From contig OY970166.1 in NCBI GenBank assembly GCA_963706595.1, positions 4,384,001 through 4,448,000 on the forward strand: 64,000 bases of DNA, given 5' to 3'. The notes beneath the pieces are model-generated. The model was not told the DNA's origin and did not search any database. It saw nothing but the letters and a program-made list of their open reading frames with translations. Both the position numbers and the translations under genes were made by a program. This DNA comes from an uncultured cyanobacterium. GTDB taxonomy: Bacteria; Cyanobacteriota; Cyanobacteriia; Cyanobacteriales; Nostocaceae. Position 1 is the first letter of the stretch, and every line of letters begins with the position of its first letter. Positions 32,729 through 42,640 of the stretch are shown here, piece after piece.

Positions 32729-32958
32729 ATACAAAATATTGTTCTCCAAAAAATTATATAGCGGATTATTTTTGAATGGAAACTCAAATTAAATTTGAAA
32801 TATTGCCCCAATTTTCTGGATTCGATTATTTGATAGCCGTCATCAATAAACAAGATGGAACAACTCAAGAAAATTGAAAACCAAGTCGCTAATTTTTTGT
32901 GAAAAAGGGTTTTATTGATAATTTTGCAAAGAATGAAGTGGTACTAATCAGAACAAAA

Positions 32959-33852
32959 ATGTATTTATCCGATTCGGAGCGGCTTCTACGCCAAGGCGTA
33001 TCTCTGATTCCATACACGACCTGGAAAATAGGAGGTACTGCCCGATGGTTGGCAGAACCAACCCTTGATGAAACACCTGAGTTGCTCGCTTGGGCATACG
33101 CACAGGCAATTCCCGTCTACTTTCTCGGTCGCGGCTCAAATGTATTGATTGATGATGCTGGACTACCTGGGTTGGTGATATTAACTCGTAACTCTCTCAA
33201 TGAGTTGCGACGTGATGGAGACCAGATTATAGCCGGAAGTGGCGTATTTTTGCCTCACTTATCCCAATTCGCAGCACGCGAGGGCTTTTCAGGCTTCGAG
33301 TTTCTCGTTGGCATTCCTGGCACAGTAGGCGGCGCTGTAGCGATGAATGCTGGGTTGACGGTTTTTTGTCCCCGTGAGATGACAGCAATTGTTCAAGATT
33401 TTGATGTCTTAAATCTAGATGGCAGCATTGAAACACTAACTATGGAAGACGTTCATGCGGGTTATCGCCATACTGATTTGTTTGATGGAAAGCGCCTGAT
33501 TCTGCAAGCTCGTTTTCGCTTAGAAGAAGAGGGCAATCCAGAGGATATCAGGCGCAACACTTTTGCTCATCTTGCCGAACGTAAGCGTAAGCAACCACTA
33601 GATAAGCCTACTGTCGGAAGCACTTTTAAGTCACCTCCAGGGAGTAAGGGTGCCGGATGGTATATCGAACAAGCGGGTCTTAAAGGCTTTCAAATTGGTG
33701 ATGCGCGGGTAAGTCCCATGCACGCAAATTGGATTGAAAATTTGGGTGGTGCAACTGCGAGAGATATACGTCAATTAATTGCACACATTCAAAGCACTGT
33801 TAGAGACCAAATGGAAATTCATCTAGAACCTGAAGTTGTTTTTCTGAGCTAA
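32959..33852 (+). CDS. murB: MurB-like enolpyruvyl-sugar-nucleotide reductase (FAD), paralog in the polysaccharide cluster
   Basis: GRGSNVL, GIPGTVGGAVAMNAG, YRHT, KQPL, GSTFKSP, HANWI and LEPEV. Confidence 0.9.
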   Translation: MYLSDSERLLRQGVSLIPYTTWKIGGTARWLAEPTLDETPELLAWAYAQAIPVYFLGRGSNVLIDDAGLPGLVILTRNSLNELRRDGDQIIAGSGVFLPHLSQFAAREGFSGFEFLVGIPGTVGGAVAMNAGLTVFCPREMTAIVQDFDVLNLDGSIETLTMEDVHAGYRHTDLFDGKRLILQARFRLEEEGNPEDIRRNTFAHLAERKRKQPLDKPTVGSTFKSPPGSKGAGWYIEQAGLKGFQIGDARVSPMHANWIENLGGATARDIRQLIAHIQSTVRDQMEIHLEPEVVFLS

Positions 33853-34509
33853 CTAAACTTATCTTAAACAGCTATGTCTACCTTATTCAGCGCTGCTACT
33901 AAGCAACCTTCTTTATCAATGAATGTATGCGGCTCTCAGGTTCGATCTGAAAAAGTTCCGGTGAGCAGGGCTAAAAATGCCGCTACGGACAATAATTATA
34001 TGATTCAATTTCTCAGTTGTTGTTTTCTTGAATATACATTAGATTCCTCTCAAGCCTTCTGTCAAGCCTAATTGAGATGCTCTTACCCTGCCCGTAATTA
34101 GGGTTTAAGAGATTTTTTATTTGGAGTGCTTTAAATCTTTAATTTTCTAGTTCTCACGAAGAGACACATTATTTTGAATGTTTATCTAATGTAGAAATAT
34201 TAAGGATATATCAAGAATTATCGAATAAGCCTGTTTCTTCTAAAAGCATGATTGCAATTTCAGTAGGAGTAAACAAATAGTAGCAAACTAAATAATTTTG
34301 ACTCTTCCGTACCTGTTATGCTAAATACACATCTAAATAAGGTTAAAACCCTTGTTGGAAAATAATAACAGGCTTTATTATTAACGTTTGAGTCTTGGCG
34401 CTTAAATGGAGGATATAACCGCCTGTAAGCCTTGATTTTCAATGGAAATTCTAGAGTTTAATTAAAATTAAAGCATAACACATACCGAAGAACCACAATT
34501 TTAATAACT

Positions 34510-35037
34510 ATGGATTCCTCAAACTATTCTATTCTACAATTAATATCTGACATTAAATCAGATATTAAGCTAAAATCATCTTCTTTTAAAGGCGCTATTT
34601 TCTATTTTTTATTCTCGCCACAAATAAAGGTCTTATTTTATTATCGTCTTTCGCACTGGCTATATAAAAATGGCTTTGGGGGGATGTCTTATATCGTGAG
34701 TTCTTGGCAGAGTAGATACGGCTGTTACATATCCCGAAAATGTGTTGTTGGGCAACGTGTTAGATTACTTCATCCTGTAGGTATTGTTATTGGTGATGGT
34801 GTTATTATTGAAGACGATGTATCTATTTGGCAGAATTGTACTTTAGGCAGTCATGGCAAACCAAGCATACCCAAAGCGTATCCATACGTTGAAAAAGGTG
34901 TGAAGATTTACGGTGGCTCTGTTTTGATAGGAGATATCAGAATTGGAAAAAACTCTATAATTGGAGCTAATAGCGTTATTTTATCAAATGTTCCTGAAAA
35001 TTCAGTGGCTGTTGGAGTTCCCTACAAGAGAATTTAA
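34510..35037 (+). CDS. hexapeptide-repeat O-acetyltransferase (CysE/WcaB-like)
   Basis: HPVGIVIG, IGANSVI and AVGVP left-handed beta-helix motifs. Confidence 0.85.
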   Translation: MDSSNYSILQLISDIKSDIKLKSSSFKGAIFYFLFSPQIKVLFYYRLSHWLYKNGFGGMSYIVSSWQSRYGCYISRKCVVGQRVRLLHPVGIVIGDGVIIEDDVSIWQNCTLGSHGKPSIPKAYPYVEKGVKIYGGSVLIGDIRIGKNSIIGANSVILSNVPENSVAVGVPYKRI

Positions 35038-35136
35038 AATCAGGTTTTTTAAAATCAAATTTCCTGAAAAAATGTGACTTTAACCAATATCTTTGCCTAA
35101 ATAACTTTCAAGCCAAAAGTTTATTTCATATTAAAA

Positions 35137-36414
35137 ATGATAGAAAACTTCAATAAGCTCATTATTCATCCTTCCCGCTTAGTAGGAGAAGTAAGGGTTA
35201 GCGGGGCAAAAAATTCGGCTCTTCGCCTCTTGGCTGCTTCTTTACTAACACCCTATCCTGTTCGTCTTAAGAACTACCCAAGCACATTGCTTGATGCTCG
35301 TCTCCATGTTGAGATGCTTGAAGCACTTGGTAAAAACTGTAGATTAATTAGTAAGAGTGAAATAGAAATCCTAGAGGTTAACTCTCCTCCACCAGAGCTA
35401 GTGTGGGAAAAACGATCAATTCGCAACACTTTGCTAATTTTAGGTGCTTTAGTCAGTCGTACAGGTAGAGGTAAGGTGCCATTACCTGGAGGCTGTAAGC
35501 TGGGCGATCGTAAGTATGATATTCATGTGATGGTGCTTGAATCCCTGGGCGCTCATGTCTGGGAAGAGGGAGACTATCTTTGTGCCGAAGTTCCTAGCCA
35601 TCAAAAGCTCAAGGGGGCAGAAATCTTTCTGCCTATTCGCTCAACTGGAGCCACTGAAAACAGTATTATCTGCGCTTGTTTAGCTGAAGGTACAACCCGT
35701 ATTTGGGGACCACATATTCGTCCAGAAATTCATGATCTGATTAAATTTCTTTGTTCCCTTGGAGCTAAAATAGAAGTCTGTGGACAAGAAAGTATTATTG
35801 TTCAAGGAGTCCATGAATTGGGCAGTACCACCCATGAAGTAATTGCCGACAATGTTGAAGCACTCACTTGGCTAATTGGTTCTGCTGTCACCAATGGAGA
35901 TGTAGAAATTCTAGATTTTCCGTTTGAACACTTAGAAGTTCCTCTCATTCACCTGCGAGAAAGTGGCGTTCGTTTTTATCGGTTAGAAAACCGCCTTATT
36001 GTTCGAGGTTCTAGCTGTTACCCCATTGATATCAGCACAGGCCCTTATCCGGGAATTAATTCTGATATGCAACCGCTTTTTGCTATTTTAGGAGCAATGG
36101 CTAAAGGCGAAAGCCGTATCATTGACCTCAGATTTCCTGGACGCTACGCTTATGCAGAGGAACTCGCTAAAATGGGAGTGACTTATGAGGTCAAGGATAA
36201 TCTTTTAGTGATTCAGGGAGGCCATAGACTTCAGGGAACTGAAGTAATAGCCCTTGACTTAAGAGCTGGTGCAGCCCTGATGATTGCAGGTTTCATAGCA
36301 GATACTCCAACCACTATTACCAATGCATGGCAAATTTTTAGAGGTTATGATCAGCTAAATAAAAAGTTATCTCAGCTTGGTGTTAGTGTCTTCAGTGAAA
36401 TGCAAGTATTTTAA
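35137..36414 (+). CDS. murA: MurA-like enolpyruvyl transferase, divergent paralog in the polysaccharide cluster
   Basis: SGAKNSAL, LPGGC..G.R, STGATEN, PYPGINSDMQP, DLRAGAAL and RGY. Confidence 0.9.
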   Translation: MIENFNKLIIHPSRLVGEVRVSGAKNSALRLLAASLLTPYPVRLKNYPSTLLDARLHVEMLEALGKNCRLISKSEIEILEVNSPPPELVWEKRSIRNTLLILGALVSRTGRGKVPLPGGCKLGDRKYDIHVMVLESLGAHVWEEGDYLCAEVPSHQKLKGAEIFLPIRSTGATENSIICACLAEGTTRIWGPHIRPEIHDLIKFLCSLGAKIEVCGQESIIVQGVHELGSTTHEVIADNVEALTWLIGSAVTNGDVEILDFPFEHLEVPLIHLRESGVRFYRLENRLIVRGSSCYPIDISTGPYPGINSDMQPLFAILGAMAKGESRIIDLRFPGRYAYAEELAKMGVTYEVKDNLLVIQGGHRLQGTEVIALDLRAGAALMIAGFIADTPTTITNAWQIFRGYDQLNKKLSQLGVSVFSEMQVF

Positions 36415-36553
36415 AAACGAGTTTTTAGCAAGCAAGTATGAACTAAGTTAATGAAATTGAAAACTTTAATTGCTTCCAACCAGGGTTAAATTGGATTAGA
36501 AAACTTATCTAATTAGAGGGTGTTTGCGTATCTATTCTAGGTGAAATATAGAA

Positions 36554-37573
36554 GTGATTCATACTACTACTAAAGAAATTTTAGATAAACCACTTGTTTC
36601 TATTGTTTCGTGCTTTTACAATCGGGCAAATTATGTCAAGCGTTCTGTTGATAGTCTACTAAAGCAGACATATTCAAACATTGAGATTCTTCTAGTAGAC
36701 GATGGCTCAACAGACAACACGTTAGATGAACTGGTCTCTTATAAAGATCCACGAATTCGCCTGATAAGACATGAAAACAAGGGACTTGTACGTGCTTTAC
36801 GTGCTGCAATTGCATCATCTCAAGGGGAATTAATTGCAATTCATGGCTCCGGAGATATTTCTTTACCTCAGCGAATAGAGATGCAAGTTGGCTTGCTGAT
36901 AAAAAATTCTGATATTGGGGTTGTCGGCTGCTATATGCGCGATTTCAATATAGTGAAAAATAATTGGGACAACATATGCAGAACTATAGAAGAGGATCAG
37001 CTATCTCAATTAATTACAGAAAATCCCTTTTCTCACGGAGAAGTGATGTTTAGGCGAAGCTGTTATGAACAAGTGGGCGGCTATCGTGAATTTTTTGAGT
37101 TTTCCCAGGATCGGGATCTTTGGTTAAGAATGGCTCCAGTAACTCGTTTTGCTGTTGTTCCAGAAATCTTATATGAAAGGGACGCAGTTGAAGGTTCTGT
37201 AACTAAAGTTCCCTCAAAGGCTAGAAAGCAAGCTCATTTATCAGAATTTGCGATCGCTTGCGCTATTACCAGAAGGGATCAAGGATTTGATCCACTGGAT
37301 AGAGATGGTCCTGAAGCTTTTAAACGTCTAGCTAACACCAGTTCGAGATTACAAATTCGACTGAGATACTTAGTATCTCGCTACTTGGCAGATCACCAGT
37401 TTGATGCCGCTCAGGAATTAATGTCAGAAGTGGTTTCTCTAAATGCTTCGGCTTTTAATAGATTGACTCTGACAGCCATAACATTGGCTCAAAAAATTCC
37501 AGTTTTCCGCAAACCGCTGCAACTGATATTTCAATGGCGCTTAAGGCTCATTAGTTTCCAAAAAAGCAGTTGA
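36554..37573 (+). CDS. glycosyltransferase family 2
   Basis: LVSIV, VDDGSTD and NKGL; the DxD position reads HGSGD. Confidence 0.85.
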   Translation: MIHTTTKEILDKPLVSIVSCFYNRANYVKRSVDSLLKQTYSNIEILLVDDGSTDNTLDELVSYKDPRIRLIRHENKGLVRALRAAIASSQGELIAIHGSGDISLPQRIEMQVGLLIKNSDIGVVGCYMRDFNIVKNNWDNICRTIEEDQLSQLITENPFSHGEVMFRRSCYEQVGGYREFFEFSQDRDLWLRMAPVTRFAVVPEILYERDAVEGSVTKVPSKARKQAHLSEFAIACAITRRDQGFDPLDRDGPEAFKRLANTSSRLQIRLRYLVSRYLADHQFDAAQELMSEVVSLNASAFNRLTLTAITLAQKIPVFRKPLQLIFQWRLRLISFQKSS

Positions 37574-37675
37574 GAAGAGGTGCGATCGCATTAGCAAATA
37601 CTCAGCTAATCTTGCTTAAATCTGAGGAAGTACAATTAATTAAGTCCATTTTAAAACTAAGAGGAAATACAAAGA

Positions 37676-38593
37676 ATGGAGCCATTGGTTAGTGTAGTGA
37701 TGTCTGTTTTTAATGGCGAAAAGTATGTAACTGATGCTATTGATAGTGTTATTAATCAAACTTATAAAAACTGGGAATTAATTATTATTGATGATGGCTC
37801 AACAGACAGCACAGCATCTCTTATAAAAAACTATCAGGATCGGCGAATACAATATATCTTTCATAAAAATATGGGGCTAACTAAATCCTTAAATAAAGGT
37901 ATTAAACTGTCTAGAGGCGAGTATATAGCACGGATAGATTCAGATGATCGCGCTTTTCCAGAAAGGTTTGAGAAACAGGTAGAGTATTTTGTAAGAAATC
38001 CAGAAGTAGTATTAATAGGTTCATCATACTATAAATTCGATGCTTCTACTAGAATGTCTTCTATTTTCACTCCTCCTCTAGATGATTTGGGCTGTAGAAA
38101 ATTATTAAAACTTGGTCATAGTCTATTCCATCACAGCTCAGTAATGTTTAAGAAACAAGTTGCTGGTGAGATGGTTCTCTATGATGAAAACTATAGGGAA
38201 GCTCAAGATGTTAGACTCTGGATCACCTTGTTAGGTAAAGGGAAAGCGGCTGCATTGTCAGAAACTCTTTGCTGCATTCTTAGTTCCCATTCTGGGAGTA
38301 TATCATCTAATCGATCTCCATTAGAGAGTGCAAAGTTTCAGTGGCACTTTTCTAGAATTGCGCGTCATGAATTAGATGGGAATTTCTATGACTTGCTTCT
38401 AAGTTTTAAAAGTATTTTAAAAGGGCTATTACTTAACTCTTTGAAGGTTTTATTTGTATATACCAAATTTGTATATACTGCGCTATACTTGTATCTATTC
38501 TCTTTATACTGTGCCTCAAAAGGGAGGAAAGGCAACCAGGTAGATTCAATGATTGTTGAGATATGGCAGCGTAATTATTTGAAAAAAATTTAG
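37676..38593 (+). CDS. glycosyltransferase family 2
   Basis: VSVVMSVFNGE, IDDGSTD and RIDSDD. Confidence 0.9.
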   Translation: MEPLVSVVMSVFNGEKYVTDAIDSVINQTYKNWELIIIDDGSTDSTASLIKNYQDRRIQYIFHKNMGLTKSLNKGIKLSRGEYIARIDSDDRAFPERFEKQVEYFVRNPEVVLIGSSYYKFDASTRMSSIFTPPLDDLGCRKLLKLGHSLFHHSSVMFKKQVAGEMVLYDENYREAQDVRLWITLLGKGKAAALSETLCCILSSHSGSISSNRSPLESAKFQWHFSRIARHELDGNFYDLLLSFKSILKGLLLNSLKVLFVYTKFVYTALYLYLFSLYCASKGRKGNQVDSMIVEIWQRNYLKKI

Positions 38594-38614
38594 CAAGAAT
38601 AGGCTAATGTTAAA

Positions 38615-39919
38615 ATGAATTTAAAGTTAAGCAAATTGGCTTCTGATTGGTTTTTAATCGTGTTACTGTTTCTTTACATTTATTCTCCAGATTTTTCATT
38701 TGTAGGATTTAATAACTCAGGAATAGTTCTATTTCCACTAGCTATTTTTGGTTATGCTTTCTTTCTGAAGCCCAGATATATAATATCTTTCCTTACAAGA
38801 AACAAGGTAATTGTCGTATTTCAATTTTTGATATTATTTTTAGTGTTGCTTAGTACTATACTGCAAGTTTTTCAAAACTCAGCTAATAATGTTTCACTTG
38901 CAAGCCAATATCCTATATCTCTGGTTAGATTTTATTTTGAGGTAATAGTTGCATCTGTTGCTCTACATTGTCTATTCGCTGTGAGAAAAAAAGAGCAAAT
39001 AAATGATCTAATTAATGCTTTTTTTTGGATAATTTCTATTCAATTTGCAATTACTTTGCTTTCACTAATTAGTCCCTCGCTCAGAGACTACATAAACTTC
39101 TCTATTCTCAATCCAAACTCAAAGCTTATACAAGCTGACTGGCTATATCAGAGACGCGGATATGGACTTGCGTCAGGGCATTTATTTTTTTATCCCTTAT
39201 TCAATGGATTTATTCTATCAATAGCACTATGGGGTTCTGTTTCCAGCTTTAAAAAGAAAATAAATTATTTGGTTTATGCCTTAATGGCACTATTTCCAAT
39301 TTTCCTTAATGCACGAGTGGGTCTTATTTCAATTCCATCGTTCATTGTTTCATTACTTTTAATTAAACCTTTTAACCTGCGCTATACGCTGGGATTGGCA
39401 CTAACTACTATTTCCACAGGAACTCTATCCATATTATTATTCTCTTTTTTAGTTCAGCTTGATATTTTTGGTTCAAGTACACTTAGATGGATTTACGAGG
39501 GTATTTTACAATACCAAGCATTCTTTTCTGGTCAATGGCAAGATGTAACAATACTCAATGCACTTTTGGATGGTCATGTTCACTTTCCAACGAATCTTTT
39601 AATTGGAGATGGGAAGTATTTATTTCAAAACGAATCTATTTCCTTTAACAGTGATATTGGCTATATTAACTACTTATATTTTGGAGGTTTATTGTATTCT
39701 ATATTACTTTACGCTCCTTTTGTTTGGATATTCTGGAAAGCCATACTTAAAACAGACAATATAGCTCTTCGAGGCATTCTTTTAAGTGGATTAATTATAA
39801 TTTTTATTGCTAATTTTAAGGGGATTATTTTTCAAAGTAATTCTTTAACGCGAGCTTGTTTCCTTATGATAATATTTATACTTTTTGAGAAATCTAAAAA
39901 TATCAAAATATTTCTCTAA
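38615..39919 (+). CDS. polytopic membrane protein, probable Wzy polymerase
   Basis: About 10-12 hydrophobic segments, ARVGL and SDIGYI loop motifs; AT-rich; cluster context. Confidence 0.7.
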   Translation: MNLKLSKLASDWFLIVLLFLYIYSPDFSFVGFNNSGIVLFPLAIFGYAFFLKPRYIISFLTRNKVIVVFQFLILFLVLLSTILQVFQNSANNVSLASQYPISLVRFYFEVIVASVALHCLFAVRKKEQINDLINAFFWIISIQFAITLLSLISPSLRDYINFSILNPNSKLIQADWLYQRRGYGLASGHLFFYPLFNGFILSIALWGSVSSFKKKINYLVYALMALFPIFLNARVGLISIPSFIVSLLLIKPFNLRYTLGLALTTISTGTLSILLFSFLVQLDIFGSSTLRWIYEGILQYQAFFSGQWQDVTILNALLDGHVHFPTNLLIGDGKYLFQNESISFNSDIGYINYLYFGGLLYSILLYAPFVWIFWKAILKTDNIALRGILLSGLIIIFIANFKGIIFQSNSLTRACFLMIIFILFEKSKNIKIFL

Positions 39920-40006
39920 ATAGCCTTGCCTAAAATAAAATTTTCATGGTATGTTGATTTACACAACCAATTAAGCAAGCACAAAAATCTTCACAGAAAA
40001 AATTAA

Positions 40007-40777
40007 ATGCTTCCTACTTATGTTGATATTGTCACAATTGCGAGAAATTCAGATAGTGTAATATTGAAAACTTTAGAGAGTGTTAGTTCTCAGACATATG
40101 AATATATAAATCATATTATTGTTGATGGGGAATCAACAGATAAAACCTTACAAGTTATTCAAAATTTTTCTCATAAAAAAAAGATAGCTATTCACTCGCA
40201 AGCACCTTTGGGTATTTCCAATGCTTTTAACACAGGGTTAAGCAAATCATGCGGTGAGTTAGTTATTTTTTTGAATTCAGGGGATAGATTGGTTAGTAAC
40301 AATATTGTTCAGCAGATTCTTGATTCTTATCAAGCTAAAAATTGGCTATGGGCTGTTGGTGAAACAATATCAGTTAGCCGCAGAGGATATTTGAAAAGGC
40401 ACGTCAGACAGCATAGCAAGTGGGAACAGAAATTGTTTTGGTATCGGAACCCTGTATGTCATCAGTCTACTATTTTCTCTCACAAGCTTATAGAACAAGT
40501 AGGCTTATACAATGAACAGCTTTCTTTAGAAATGGATTATGATTTTAACATCAGATGCTCATTAGTGGCTGATCCATTCCTGTTATATTTGCCAATATCA
40601 TACTATGATACGTGCGGTGTATCCTCTAGACGAGTATTCCAAAGCTATTTCATGCAATCAGAGATACGTAAGAAATACTTTCCATTGAGCATAACTCGTA
40701 ACTTAATAATTGAAAGTGTAGGTTTTTTAAAAGCAATCCAGCGTCTTTTCATGATACCCATTAAGCTTTTTTTGTGA
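40007..40777 (+). CDS. glycosyltransferase family 2 (WcaE-like)
   Basis: IVDGESTD, FLNSGD, CHQS and MDYDF. Confidence 0.87.
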   Translation: MLPTYVDIVTIARNSDSVILKTLESVSSQTYEYINHIIVDGESTDKTLQVIQNFSHKKKIAIHSQAPLGISNAFNTGLSKSCGELVIFLNSGDRLVSNNIVQQILDSYQAKNWLWAVGETISVSRRGYLKRHVRQHSKWEQKLFWYRNPVCHQSTIFSHKLIEQVGLYNEQLSLEMDYDFNIRCSLVADPFLLYLPISYYDTCGVSSRRVFQSYFMQSEIRKKYFPLSITRNLIIESVGFLKAIQRLFMIPIKLFL

Positions 40778-40952
40778 TGGAGGTTTCTTTAAAACAAAAA
40801 TATTAAACATAAAAAAATAGAGTCAACCATTATCCAATCATCATTTGCATGAACTAGCTATTTGTGTAAAAATCATGTTTGTGAGAAAATGTCAATACCA
40901 AAAACAGATTTCGTGAGATGAATAAAAGTCTACGCAACTTATAACGTTATAC

Positions 40953-42017
40953 ATGATTCCTAATACGATCTCCCCTAAATTAACATTAGCAATACCAACT
41001 TATAACGAAGCAGCGAATATAGAGCAGGTAGTGAAAGGATTCCTTTCAACAAAATATACCAATTTAATAGAGGTATTCGTTGCTGATGGTGGTAGTACAG
41101 ATGGAACCCAAGATGTTGTTAGAAACTTAGCCTTGGAAGATTCTAGAGTTAAACTTTTACATAACCCCTTAAAAGTTCAATCAGCTGGACTAAATCTCAT
41201 ATTAGAGGAATCTAATGGCGATATTTTCCTGAGAGCGGATGCTCATTCAGACTATGCACCTGAGTATATTGAAAAGTGTGTCGAAGCATTATTATCGTCT
41301 CAAGCTCTCAATGTTGGTGGGGCGCAGCGTTTTGTTGGTAGAACAGCTTTTCAAGCCAGTGTAGCTTTAGCTTCTAAAAGTGTTTTGGGTAGTGGAGGAG
41401 CCAAATATAGGAACCCTGAGTATGATGGCTATGCTGATACAGTCTATATGGGATGTTTTTGGAGACAGACATTACTGGATATCGGCGGGTTTGATGTATC
41501 AAATCACCCTAATGAAGATGCTGAATTAAATCAAAAATTACTTAATATTAATCCAAAAGCAATTTATATAAGTTCTAAAATTCGCGTCTGGTACTATCCC
41601 AGAAAAACATGGAAATCTCTTTGGATTCAATATTTTAAATACGGTCATGGTCGCTACTTAACAACTACCAAACACTCAATTAAGTCCCAAGTGAGGGGTA
41701 TGACACCATTTCTTGTCTTATCCATATTAGTTATTTTTGTTTTGATTGGTTTGTTGTTTCCTCAACTACGGCTACCTATTGAAATATTAATTTTAGTCTG
41801 TGTGTTTTTACCCTTTCTAGAAAGCTGGCGAATAGCCCTAAAGTTTAGCAAAAACTTTGAAGAAGAAATTTGGCGGGGGGATAAAAATAAAATCCCCTCA
41901 TTCCTGAGTCGCTGGTTTGCTTGTGGAGTCGTTTTACTAACTATGCCAATCGCTCATTCTTGTGGTTATGGCTATCAGTTAGTCAGACATAGGGTTTTTA
42001 GAGTTAGTGGTTGCTAG
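40953..42017 (+). CDS. glycosyltransferase family 2 (ExoA-like)
   Basis: IPTYNEA, ADGGSTD, RADAH, NEDAELN, QYFKYG and C-terminal TMs. Confidence 0.87.
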   Translation: MIPNTISPKLTLAIPTYNEAANIEQVVKGFLSTKYTNLIEVFVADGGSTDGTQDVVRNLALEDSRVKLLHNPLKVQSAGLNLILEESNGDIFLRADAHSDYAPEYIEKCVEALLSSQALNVGGAQRFVGRTAFQASVALASKSVLGSGGAKYRNPEYDGYADTVYMGCFWRQTLLDIGGFDVSNHPNEDAELNQKLLNINPKAIYISSKIRVWYYPRKTWKSLWIQYFKYGHGRYLTTTKHSIKSQVRGMTPFLVLSILVIFVLIGLLFPQLRLPIEILILVCVFLPFLESWRIALKFSKNFEEEIWRGDKNKIPSFLSRWFACGVVLLTMPIAHSCGYGYQLVRHRVFRVSGC

Positions 42018-42029
42018 AAAACAGCGACA

Positions 42030-42596
42030 TTACTCTAATTTGGGGTTAAAACGAGCGCCGGTTCTATCCGTGAAAATCCACAATATTGAGCGCCCACTAT
42101 CTCGCAAGACTCGCACGAGAGATTCTGAATCGTCCCCCGATGATGGTACAGAAACAGGTGTAACTACAATCCCCTGGCTGCCTAAAACAACAGTAGCTAT
42201 AACCATTGACCGCCGCATATGATAATCTGAAGTAATCAAGTAAATATGCTGTAAATTCCTATCTGCAAATTCTTGTACCAATGTTGTAAAATTTGTCACT
42301 GTATCAGTTGCTCTACCATCTAAATGCAACTTTTCATCGGGAACACCAGACTGCAAAAATATCCGCCGATTAGCATCTAAATTCCAAGCAAAATCAGAAA
42401 CCCAAATATCTAAATTTCTGTGAGATTGCCAAAACTCTGCCGCAAACTTCATCCGCGCGGAATCACCCCCCAAGACAAAAATAGCCTGTGGTACTGGTGC
42501 TTGATAGAAAGCGATCGCAATTCTCACCGGAATAATACTCACCACCACTAAGGCGATCGCTAAAACCCACCTGATTAATTTTAGTTTAGATTTCAT
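42030..42596 (-). CDS. YdcF/DUF218 family protein
   Basis: AIFVLGG, ATDTVTNF and LITSDYHMRR. Confidence 0.85.
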   Translation of the reverse strand: MKSKLKLIRWVLAIALVVVSIIPVRIAIAFYQAPVPQAIFVLGGDSARMKFAAEFWQSHRNLDIWVSDFAWNLDANRRIFLQSGVPDEKLHLDGRATDTVTNFTTLVQEFADRNLQHIYLITSDYHMRRSMVIATVVLGSQGIVVTPVSVPSSGDDSESLVRVLRDSGRSILWIFTDRTGARFNPKLE

Positions 42597-42640
42597 AGCA
42601 TATAAATTTTATATCATATTTTAACTCTTAATTTTTAACA

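Noticed and set aside
33853..34509. 65-aa and 60-aa ORFs, or an IS remnant, between murB-like and the acetyltransferase
   Set aside because: No recognisable protein motif. A possible IS-end-like sequence (CCTAATTGAGATGCTC near 34067-34082) has no partner end that I could find.
23935..42640. Heterocyst-type programmed excision element interrupting oxoprolinase
   Set aside because: No recombinase gene or flanking direct repeat was seen, and each half has its own start and stop.
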